The notes under the pieces: model-generated
Database searches by the model: none
The model's input: only the letters and a program-made list of their open reading frames with translations
Told to the model about the DNA's origin: nothing
Translations under genes and position numbers: made by a program
Shown here: positions 10,799 to 18,195 of the stretch, piece after piece
Numbering within the stretch: the stretch's first letter is position 1
Layout of the letters: every line of letters starts with the position of its first letter
NCBI GenBank assembly: GCA_900234795.1
Contig: LT962688.1
Location: 1,770,001 to 1,802,000, forward strand
Source: Methylorubrum extorquens
GTDB taxonomy: Bacteria > Pseudomonadota > Alphaproteobacteria > Rhizobiales > Beijerinckiaceae
Direction: 5' to 3'
Length of the DNA: 32,000 bases

Positions 10799-11950
10799 GT
10801 GTTTCCCTTTGACCCCTCCCGTCAGAGCCGGCGCCGCGCGAGCCGCAGCCTCACCCGCACGACGCGGCAAATGACAGGGCAACTCACGCGCTCCCTCGAG
10901 AGCGCCGCCAAATCTGTCACCAAGTCTGCCGCCAAATCTGTCACGAAGGCCGTGACCCGCTCGACCGAGCAGGCGATCCGGGAGACGCGCAAGGCGACGG
11001 TCCGATCGGTGAAGCGGACGGTCCGCGACACCGAAAAGGCGGTCGCGGCCGCCTTCACCGCGCAAGGGGCCGAGCAACGGGTCGAGGTCGCCCGCAAGCC
11101 GCCCGGCCAGTTCGTCACGGTCGATGGAATGCCGGTGCACGTCATCGTGCGCGGACGCGGCCAGCCGGTTGTGCTCGTCCACGGCAACGGCACCATGGCC
11201 GAGGATTTTGCGATCTGCGGCCTGATCGACCGGCTGGCGGCGCGCTACCGGGTCATCGCGATCGACCGGCCCGGCTTCGGCTACACGGGCCGCCCCCGCC
11301 ACCGCCTCTGGACCGCTCAGGCTCAGGCCGTGCTCCTGCACCGGGTGCTGGAACAGCTCGGCGTCGAGCGCCCGCTCCTCGTCGGGCATTCCTGGGGCAC
11401 GATCGTCGCCCTCGCCCTCGCCCTCGCGCTCGCGGCCGACGGGCGGCGCCCGTTGCGCGGACTCGTGCTGCTGTCGGGCTCCTACTTTCCGGGGCATCGC
11501 ACCGACGCGGCCCTGATCGCCCCCTTGGCCGTGCCGGGCCTCGGGGACGCGATGCGGGCCATGGTGCCGGCGAAGGTGAGCGCCTCGCTCACCGGGCAAT
11601 CGTTCCGGCAGGTGTTCTGGCCTCAACCCGTGCCGGCCCGCTTCACGGCGCGTTTCCCGATCGAGATCGCGGCGGCGGCAACGCAGTTGCGCGCGGTCTC
11701 GGAGGACGCCGCCTCAATGAACGCCGCCGTCACGGGGCTTCAGCGCCGTTACGCCGGCCTGACGCTGCCCGTCTCCATCCTGGCCGGGGACGCGGACGCG
11801 ATCGTCAAGGCCAGCGAGCACTCGGTGCGGCTGCACACGACGATCCCCGGCAGCACGCTCCGGCTCCTGCCCGGCCTCGGCCACATGATCCATTACGGCG
11901 CGCGGCTGAAGGTCGAGCGCGCGATCGACGATCTGATGAAGCTCAGATAA
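10799..11950 (+). CDS. Alpha/beta-fold hydrolase with a repeat-containing basic N-terminal extension
   Basis: The core contains VVLVHGNG, DRPGFGYT and the nucleophile elbow GHSWG, with GHMIH near the C-terminus. The start is uncertain: GTG 10799 or ATG 10871. Confidence 0.75.
   Translation: MFPFDPSRQSRRRASRSLTRTTRQMTGQLTRSLESAAKSVTKSAAKSVTKAVTRSTEQAIRETRKATVRSVKRTVRDTEKAVAAAFTAQGAEQRVEVARKPPGQFVTVDGMPVHVIVRGRGQPVVLVHGNGTMAEDFAICGLIDRLAARYRVIAIDRPGFGYTGRPRHRLWTAQAQAVLLHRVLEQLGVERPLLVGHSWGTIVALALALALAADGRRPLRGLVLLSGSYFPGHRTDAALIAPLAVPGLGDAMRAMVPAKVSASLTGQSFRQVFWPQPVPARFTARFPIEIAAAATQLRAVSEDAASMNAAVTGLQRRYAGLTLPVSILAGDADAIVKASEHSVRLHTTIPGSTLRLLPGLGHMIHYGARLKVERAIDDLMKLR
10904..10951 (+). repeat. 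24-bp tandem direct repeat x2 inside the hydrolase 5' region
   Basis: gccgccaaatctgtcac is identical at 10904-10920 and 10928-10944, and the units match at 21/24 overall. They encode AAKSVTKS / AAKSVTKA. Confidence 0.9.
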
Positions 11951-11978
11951 AGAAGGCGCAACATCTCTCGAAGCCCTT

Positions 11979-12160
11979 CAGCAGCTGAAGGTGAATTTGG
12001 CTGAGCTTTACCTCGTAAAAGAGAGCATTCCGATCTCCGAGGTTGCTTGGCTGCTAAGCGTCGAGGAAGCGCGTTCGTTCGCCCACGCCTGCAAGCGCTG
12101 GCCGGCATAACGCCACGCGAGCTGAGGTCTGTCGACGTAGAGTGTACTCAGGTGCCATGA
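11979..12160 (+). pseudogene. Decayed 3' remnant of an AraC/XylS-family regulator (second HTH)
   Basis: Translation gives QQLKVNLAELYLVKESIPISEVAWLLSVEEARSFAHACKRWPA*. Shifting one base at the stop (12108-12110) continues as GITPRELRS. Together this matches the AraC C-terminal signature (...sIsEvA..lGF.e.s.Fsr.FKRw.G.TP.e.R). There is no N-terminal part and no start codon. Confidence 0.45.
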
Positions 12161-12466
12161 GAGCAGGGTTGAGCTTGGAATGGTGCTGAGCCTGCAGACT
12201 GGGCCATGGTCGTGATCGATCACGGACTTACAAAAGTTGACCCACTCTCAGGACTCGAAGGCCCGGCAAGGTATGCTGCTCAGCTGCTGTCGCCAGAAGG
12301 TACGGTGAAGTTTCTGTAAGGCCCTATTGCTGAGCTTGCGCCGCCGACCGCCCACCCATATTCGCTTATCTAGAGTTTTTACCCCATACTGCCGGAGGGC
12401 ACGATTCTCTGAATAACTAAGCCGATGCGAATAACGCGAGCGACGACCAAACATTTGAGGTGATCG

Positions 12467-13736
12467 ATGTTCGCGATGCTGTATGTGATCGTTGATACGA
12501 ATTGGCTTTTGCTTGCTTTTTCCGCTCTTATGTTCGATCTGCCCCGCTACACATTTTCGCTCCTTTCCTGGTCATTGGTCGGCATATTCAGGAATTCGCG
12601 ACCCGGCGATAGGCGGGTCGAGGCGGCCGTGAGCGTGATCATCCCGACCTTCAATGGTGGTTCGGGGCTTGCTCCGACGATCGCCTCACTCCGCCAGCAA
12701 ACCTTGTCACCACTTGAGATTATCATCGTCGACGATGGCTCCACGGACGATACGCGTGCGGTCGCAAACCGAGCGCGCCAAGACGGCTTGGTGGACATGG
12801 TCATTTGCCACGGGACGCGCTGCGGCCGCAGTGCCGCGATCAACGCAGCAGCGAGGTTCGCGAGCGGCGATCTCCTTTTCACAATCGATGCCGATACAGT
12901 TCTTGAGCGCGACGCGATCGCACGGCTTGCTCATGCGTTCAACGATCCGCGCGTGGCCGGCGCCTGCGGCAACATCGCGATTCGCAACGAGAGCGCGTCG
13001 CTATGGACCGGGCTGCAGAGCGTCGAATATATGATGTCGATCAGCGCCGGAAAATCTATTCTCGATGTTGTCGGCGCGATTGCCTGCCTGTCCGGCGCCT
13101 GTTCGATGTACCGGCGCGATGTCTTCGCGCGGCAAGGCGGCCTTGATGTCGGCCCCGGCGAGGATCTCGAGTTCAGCCTGCGGTTACGGCGCCTCGGTTA
13201 TCGGGTCCGCTTTGTGCCAGATGCCTGGGCTGAAACGGACGGTCCGGTGGCAGCCGTCGGTCTTCTGCGCCAGCGCGCGCGCTGGGATCGCGACGCGTTG
13301 CGCATCCGCTCCATGATGTATGGAGAGCTTAGCTTCTTCCATCCACTGGAGCGACTTCCGGACACCCTCCAGCGCCTGGACTTCATCGTCTTCGATTTGA
13401 TCCCGACGATGAGCCTCCCGTTTTATTCCATGTACATTGTGATTTTGTGGACCGGCTCACGCCATCCTCTTTATTTGCGCAATATATTTTCTTTTGCTTT
13501 GGATTTCGCTTTTCAATATGGCGCTGGCGTTCGTTCTATTCAGCAGATCTCCCAGTTTTTTCAGCCTTGGAGCTGCATTTATATTCCCATTCTACCATGG
13601 AATTTACATGAAATGCGCCAGCTTATTTTCCTATTCCTCGGAAATCCTCTTCGCCACCTCGCGGTGTGATGACTACGTGCCGCCGCGCGTCCGCCGTGCG
13701 CTCTTCGCAGACGAGGTTGGAAAGGTGGTCTCATGA
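12467..13736 (+). CDS. Processive family-2 glycosyltransferase (PgaC/IcaA/NodC-like synthase); apparent +1 frameshift near 13443-13500
   Basis: A GAGGTG Shine-Dalgarno lies 5 nt before the ATG at 12467, and the N-terminus has TM helices. Motifs present: SVIIPTFNGG, IIIVDDGSTDDT, TIDADTVL (DxD), GNIAIRNESASLW...VEY, LSGACSMYRR, GPGEDLEFSLRL and QRARW (QxxRW). Track frame 12467-13669 ends in an implausible tail. The frame of track ORF 13494-13736 is open from 13443 and encodes TM-like sequence (LLLWISLFNMALAFVLFS...FIFPFYHGIY). Its TGA overlaps the ATG of the next gene. Confidence 0.8.
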
Positions 13737-14779
13737 ACGTTCGTATCAACCGCCTGGACCCGAATGTGCCGGATCCCGTCGAGAGCCGCCGGCGCGCCGC
13801 CGGGCGGGTCGTGCGCATTGCCTACGCCGTGGGCATCTTCGGCGTCCTTGGTTTCTTCGTCGTCTATTTCGGCGCACCCTTCGTCTTCCTCAGCGGTCCC
13901 GGAATCGTTTCCTCCCCGCGCCACGTGCTGTCGCTTCCCTTCACCGTGCAGGTCAGCCGCATGAACGTGAAGCCCGGCTCCACCGTGAAGGCCGGCGATG
14001 AAATCGGACAGGTGTACTCGCCCGAGCAGGAGACCATCGTCGCGGCCTACATGCGCGCGCTGTCGGATATCGCCGGCCGCAGCGCCGAACTGCGCGTCAA
14101 GGCGCGCGTAGCCGCGGAATCGCTCGAAGCGGCGCGGGCGTATCAGCGCGAAACCGAGACGGCTCTGGAACGCATCGCTGCGATGGCCAGCACGACGACG
14201 ACATTTCGCGTCCAAATTCTCCGTGAGCGCGCGCTCGCGAACAAGGACGTCATCTCGCAGCAGGCCGAGGCCGAGGAGGCCACGAAACAGCTTGTCTCTC
14301 TCGATGTGTTCAGCAAACAGATCCGCGAGCAGCTGGACGAGGTGAAGCAAAACTTCAGATCCGGTCGGGTATTCGCTCCCGTCGGTGGCATCATCTCGAC
14401 AGGACTGGCCCAGACCGGCCAGTCACTCGTCGCCGGCGCGCCGATCGCTGACATCCTCAACCCAAACGATGTCTATGTTGACTGGTATATCCCCAACGAA
14501 CGATTGATCGATCCTCGGATTGGAAATGATGTATTTGTGCTTTTCGGACACCGCCGCATTCCCGGAAAGATCACAGAGATTCTGCCCGTTTCTGCCGTAT
14601 TCGGAAGCTCACAGCAGCTCACCTTGCGGGATCGTCCGGCGACTCAAATTGCTCGCATACGTTTCACCTCTGATTCGGTAACGCCAGCCCTTAACTCTAC
14701 AGTATGCGTTCATATGCATTACAGCAAAATTTCAACAGATATCTCCCGCTCACTGATAAAGACTTGTGGCATAGATTGA
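13733..14779 (+). CDS. HlyD-family periplasmic adaptor (membrane fusion protein)
   Basis: A 348-aa ORF with an N-terminal TM anchor (IAYAVGIFGVLGFFVVYFGAPFVF) and a lipoyl-like hairpin (VKPGSTVKAGDEIGQVY). It also has a long coiled-coil segment and a beta-barrel segment (VFAPVGGIISTGLAQTGQSLVAGAPIADIL). It is ATGA-coupled to the GT2 gene. Confidence 0.75.
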   Translation: MNVRINRLDPNVPDPVESRRRAAGRVVRIAYAVGIFGVLGFFVVYFGAPFVFLSGPGIVSSPRHVLSLPFTVQVSRMNVKPGSTVKAGDEIGQVYSPEQETIVAAYMRALSDIAGRSAELRVKARVAAESLEAARAYQRETETALERIAAMASTTTTFRVQILRERALANKDVISQQAEAEEATKQLVSLDVFSKQIREQLDEVKQNFRSGRVFAPVGGIISTGLAQTGQSLVAGAPIADILNPNDVYVDWYIPNERLIDPRIGNDVFVLFGHRRIPGKITEILPVSAVFGSSQQLTLRDRPATQIARIRFTSDSVTPALNSTVCVHMHYSKISTDISRSLIKTCGID

Positions 14780-14811
14780 ATTATCTATTATATTCTCACC
14801 GAGATGTCCCA

Positions 14812-15060
14812 ATGAATATCGCGGCAGGACAATCATCGTGCCCGCTCTGTGGAGCAGAAAATTTAGAAATCACTCCAGTTCTACATCATATGATTTGCGC
14901 TTATATTGGACCGCAGTACGATTTTGCTGAATCGCCTGCCGGATACACATGCCCAAAATGCAGACGCAGTATCGTGTCGGACGACATGGCTTGCGAAATT
15001 GTTGGCGTCAGCGCGCGTTGCACGGCATGCGGCAAGGAGATGATCGTTTCGCCGTTATGA
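14812..15060 (+). CDS. Small cytoplasmic zinc-ribbon protein with three CxxC pairs (possibly TackOD1-like)
   Basis: An 82-aa protein: MNIAAGQSSCPLCGAENLEITPVLHHMICAYIGPQYDFAESPAGYTCPKCRRSIVSDDMACEIVGVSARCTACGKEMIVSPL. It contains CPLC, CPKC and CTAC plus two single Cys, with no signal peptide or TM segment. Track ORF 14704-15060 starts earlier but would overlap the adaptor gene by 76 nt. The RBS before 14812 is weak. Confidence 0.5.
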   Translation: MNIAAGQSSCPLCGAENLEITPVLHHMICAYIGPQYDFAESPAGYTCPKCRRSIVSDDMACEIVGVSARCTACGKEMIVSPL

Positions 15061-15386
15061 GAGCACGTCCCCTATTCCGGCGAACCTACGCCGAGGCGGA
15101 CCAGCCTCTCTCGGCCAGGAGCTGCCAAAGCCAACCCACCGTACGGCCTGGAAGCGGACCTTCCGGCCTTCTGCAATGGCTCGAAAGTTAGCATTTCCCG
15201 GTCGCGCTGAAGGCGCGATCAACGGTCAGGCATCACATTTATGGTTTTGCACCCACGGGGGCTTGGCTTCACAAGGACCGGCCCATGAGCGGGCCCTGCT
15301 GAAAGGCGAGCCCATAGGCGGTCGCGTCCATGCCAGAGGATGGCCGCCAACTCTGTCGCAAGACATCGCCCGGCCCGGAAGCTCGG

Positions 15387-16277
15387 TTACAGGGCGCTTT
15401 CACGCGATTGCCCCGCCTCCAGCGCCCGCGCCAGCGCCACGAACCCGGCGACCGGGATCTCCTCCGCCCGCGCCGTCTCCGGTAGACCAGCGGCAGTGAG
15501 CAGGCGGATGGGGTCGGGGGTGGCGGCCTTCAGGCTCTGGCGCAGCATCTTGCGGCGCTGGCCGAAGGCGGCGCGGGTCACCCGTTCGAGGTCGGCGATC
15601 CGGCAGGGCAGCGGCTCGGGCCGTGGGCGCAGGTGGACGACGCTGGAGGTGACCTTCGGCGGCGGCACGAAGGCGGAGGGGGCCACGTCAAACAGGATGG
15701 TCGCCTGCGTGCGCCAGCCGCACAGCACGCCGAGCCGGCCGTAATTGGCCCGGTCCGACTCGTCGGCGACGATGCGCTCGGCGACCTCGCGCTGGAACAT
15801 CAGCGTCGCCGACTCCCACCACGGCGGCCAAGCCTCGTCGCGCCTGTCCGCGCCGAGCCAGCCGGTGAGCAGTACGGTGGCGACGTTGTAGGGCAGGTTC
15901 GCCACGATCCGCACCGGCCCGTCGCCGACCAGCGGGCGCGGATCGAAGCCGACCGCGTCGGCATCGATCACGTCGAGCCGGCCGGGATAGTGTGCGGCGA
16001 TCTCGGCCAGAGCCGGCAGCGCGCGGGGATCGCGCTCGATCGCCACCACGCGCTTGGCACCCGCCGCCAGCAGCGCCCGCGTCAGCCCGCCGGGGCCGGG
16101 GCCGACCTCGACCACCGTCACGCCCTCGAGCGCCCCCGCCGAGCGGGCGATGCGGCCGGTCAGGTTGAGGTCAAACAGGAAATTCTGGCCGAGCGCCTTC
16201 TTCGGCTCCAGCCCGTGCCGCCGCACGACCTCGCACAGGGGCGGCAGGCCGTCGGTGCTCAACGCTTCGGTGCTCAT
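15387..16277 (-). CDS. rsmA: 16S rRNA (adenine1518/1519-N6)-dimethyltransferase
   Basis: A 296-aa ORF containing [23 protein letters not shown]...[16 protein letters not shown]...[11 protein letters not shown], the classic KsgA/RsmA motifs. It lies 8 nt downstream of pdxA. Confidence 0.92.
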   Translation of the reverse strand: MSTEALSTDGLPPLCEVVRRHGLEPKKALGQNFLFDLNLTGRIARSAGALEGVTVVEVGPGPGGLTRALLAAGAKRVVAIERDPRALPALAEIAAHYPGRLDVIDADAVGFDPRPLVGDGPVRIVANLPYNVATVLLTGWLGADRRDEAWPPWWESATLMFQREVAERIVADESDRANYGRLGVLCGWRTQATILFDVAPSAFVPPPKVTSSVVHLRPRPEPLPCRIADLERVTRAAFGQRRKMLRQSLKAATPDPIRLLTAAGLPETARAEEIPVAGFVALARALEAGQSRESAL

Positions 16278-16285
16278 CGATCGCT

Positions 16286-17335
16286 TCAGGCGCGGACGGG
16301 GAAAGGCAGGACGGTGTCCGCCGGGCGGTGCGCGAGGCGATGCGCCAGCCGCAGGGCGGCGATCAGGCTGTCTGGCTTGGCGAGGCCTTGGCCGGCGATG
16401 TCGAAGGCGGTGCCGTGGTCGGGCGAGGTGCGCACGAAGGGCAGCCCCAGCGTCACGTTCACGCCCTCGTCGAAGGCCAACGTCTTGACCGGGATCAGCG
16501 CCTGATCGTGGGTGGGGGTGAGCGCCACGTCGTAGGTCGCCCGCGCCCGCTCGTGGAACAGGGTGTCGGCCGGCAGCGGCCCGCGGATGTCGATGCCCTC
16601 GCTGCGCAAAACCGCCACGGCGGGCGCCAGCACGTCGCGATCCTCGGTGCCCATGGTGCCGGATTCGCCCGCATGCGGGTTGAGGCCCGACAGGACGAGG
16701 CGGGGATGTTCGAGGCCGAAGCGGGCACGCAGGTCGGAATGGACGATGCGCGCGGTGCGCTCGACCAAGTCTTGCGTCAGCAACTCGGGCACGCGGCGCA
16801 GGGCGACGTGGATCGTCACCGGCACCACCGCGAGGGTGTCGCTCCAGATCATCATCACCGGCAGCGGCGGCTCGCGCCCCTCTCGTGCGGCGAGTGCGGC
16901 CAGAAACTCGGTATGGCCCGGATGGGCGAAGCCGACCCGCGTCAGCACGAACTTCGCGATGGGGTTGGTCACCACGGCCGAGGCCGCGCCGGAGCGCACC
17001 AGATCGACGGCGGCGGTGATCGACTCGACGATGGCGCCGGCATTGGCCGAATCCGGCGCGCCGGGCGTGGCGATCACCTTGGCCCCGCTTGGCAGCGGCA
17101 GCACCGGCAGGGCGCGGGGAAACACCTCGCAGGCGTCGTCGGGCTCGACCTCGGCCACCGGCACCGACAGCCCGAGCCGGTAGGCGGTGGCTTCCAGGAA
17201 TTCGGGGTCGCCGATGAGCTGGAACGGCGGCACCCCCCGCTCACCCCGCAGCTGCCACGCGGCGAGCGCGATCTCCGGCCCGATCCCGGAGGGATCGCCG
17301 AGGGTGAGGGCGAGCGGTCTGTCGTCGGAGGCCAT
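16286..17335 (-). CDS. pdxA: 4-hydroxythreonine-4-phosphate dehydrogenase
   Basis: A 349-aa ORF containing [15 protein letters not shown]...GHTEFLA...GLNPHAGE...[15 protein letters not shown], which are PdxA signatures. Confidence 0.92.
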   Translation of the reverse strand: MASDDRPLALTLGDPSGIGPEIALAAWQLRGERGVPPFQLIGDPEFLEATAYRLGLSVPVAEVEPDDACEVFPRALPVLPLPSGAKVIATPGAPDSANAGAIVESITAAVDLVRSGAASAVVTNPIAKFVLTRVGFAHPGHTEFLAALAAREGREPPLPVMMIWSDTLAVVPVTIHVALRRVPELLTQDLVERTARIVHSDLRARFGLEHPRLVLSGLNPHAGESGTMGTEDRDVLAPAVAVLRSEGIDIRGPLPADTLFHERARATYDVALTPTHDQALIPVKTLAFDEGVNVTLGLPFVRTSPDHGTAFDIAGQGLAKPDSLIAALRLAHRLAHRPADTVLPFPVRA

Positions 17336-17359
17336 GGGGGGACCTATACAAGGTTTCGC

Positions 17360-18064
17360 CTACAATGCCTGCGCCCAGGCATGTCCGGGATGCAAGCGGT
17401 CGAGACCCTCTCGCAGCCAGCGCCGTTCTGCGTGGGTGAGATGCGGCAGGGCCCGCTCGAAATCGGCCGCGTCCTTGTCGCGCCGATGCTTCGCCTTGAA
17501 CAGCAGGACGGCGGCCGGCCTGAGATAGGGGATGCCATCGGGCGTCGACGCCACCATCTCCGCGCGAGGATGCCGGATGGCCGGGCAGCGCCGGCAGATC
17601 CAGACATCCCGCTCACCCGGCTCGATCATCAGATCGACCCGCCAGCGGGCGGCGCGGGCATCGAAGCACCAGATCTGGAGAATGGGAGGCGGCGGCTCTG
17701 CGCCTTCAGGCAGGATCTCGAAGCGACCGTCGGCCACCGTGTAGAGCGTCATGTCCGATAGGGCTTGGCGGAAGACCCCGACATCGTCGCGCAGCACCGT
17801 GAATTCGAGATCCTCGTGGTCGCGGGTCTGGTGCCCGTGCCACAGGTCGAGGGCCCAGCCGCCGACCACGCACCAGGGCCGCGCCACCCTTTCCAGCCGC
17901 CGCGCCAGTTCGCCCGGATGCCAGGGCGACCAGTCGTCCTCCGGCGGTGCGCTGGGGTTGCGTCTATCGGCGGTTCCGCTTGCGGCCACCAGGCCATCGC
18001 TGCCGTCTCGGGAGGGCCCCGAGCCGACATGGGCTGAACCCGGCGCGCCGGGCGGGGCGGTCAC
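17360..18064 (-). CDS. Nucleotidyltransferase-fold protein (aminoglycoside 2''-adenylyltransferase/AadB-like family)
   Basis: Contains RPWCVVGGWALDLWHGHQTRDHEDLEFTVLRDD, matching the GGWA.D...G..tR.H.D.. pattern of this NTase family. The low-complexity N-terminal ~40 aa and the GTG start at 18064 are uncertain. The stop lies 24 nt before the pdxA ATG. Confidence 0.6.
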   Translation of the reverse strand: MTAPPGAPGSAHVGSGPSRDGSDGLVAASGTADRRNPSAPPEDDWSPWHPGELARRLERVARPWCVVGGWALDLWHGHQTRDHEDLEFTVLRDDVGVFRQALSDMTLYTVADGRFEILPEGAEPPPPILQIWCFDARAARWRVDLMIEPGERDVWICRRCPAIRHPRAEMVASTPDGIPYLRPAAVLLFKAKHRRDKDAADFERALPHLTHAERRWLREGLDRLHPGHAWAQAL

Positions 18065-18195
18065 TTTGGCCCGCTCGGCAGCGGCAGACCGAGCCGGTCG
18101 GCGGCGGCTTCCGGGAATTCGGGCAGGAATTCGGGATCGCCGAGGGCGAGCGGTCGGTCGTCGGAAGCCATGGCGGGCTTATAGCGCGGTTTCAC
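18061..18195 (-). pseudogene. Collapsed duplicate of the pdxA leader and 5' coding region
   Basis: Three colinear blocks match the intact pdxA: 18061-18087 with 17075-17101, 18088-18123 with 17167-17207, and 18124-18195 with 17286-17360. It encodes the 36-aa peptide [36 protein letters not shown]. The intact pdxA begins [17 protein letters not shown]...[15 protein letters not shown]...PLPSGAK. The last block includes about 25 nt upstream of the ATG. Confidence 0.7.

Noticed and set aside
7963-10812. ORFs 7963-9072 (minus), 8283-9089 (plus), 9172-10812 (plus) and 9776-10684 (minus).
   Set aside because: They are alternative or antisense frames of the lrgAB-like and SulP genes. Their translations are His/Arg/Gly-rich with no membrane-protein character.
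12248-12454. A 68-aa Arg-rich minus-strand ORF, plus ORFs 11893-12108 and 12008-12223, in the island leader.
   Set aside because: They have no RBS and unusual composition. They overlap the AraC remnant region and the likely promoter region of the GT2 gene.
14704-14811. The upstream ATG at 14704 as the start of the zinc-ribbon gene.
   Set aside because: It would overlap the adaptor gene by 76 nt and add 36 residues with no Cys or other recognisable features. ATG 14812 gives a compact protein starting just before the first CxxC. The start remains uncertain.
12467-15060. The idea that the Cys-rich small protein is a glycocin-type bacteriocin precursor, modified by the GT2 and exported via the HlyD protein.
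   Set aside because: The GT2 is polytopic with the full processive-synthase motif set (QxxRW, ED), unlike soluble peptide S/O-glycosyltransferases. There is no ABC exporter or peptidase, and the small protein has no leader-like double-glycine motif.
16328-17761. A 477-aa plus-strand ORF, and ORF 15633-16505 on the plus strand.
   Set aside because: They are antisense to pdxA/NTase and to rsmA. They have no motifs, whereas the minus-strand genes are unambiguous.
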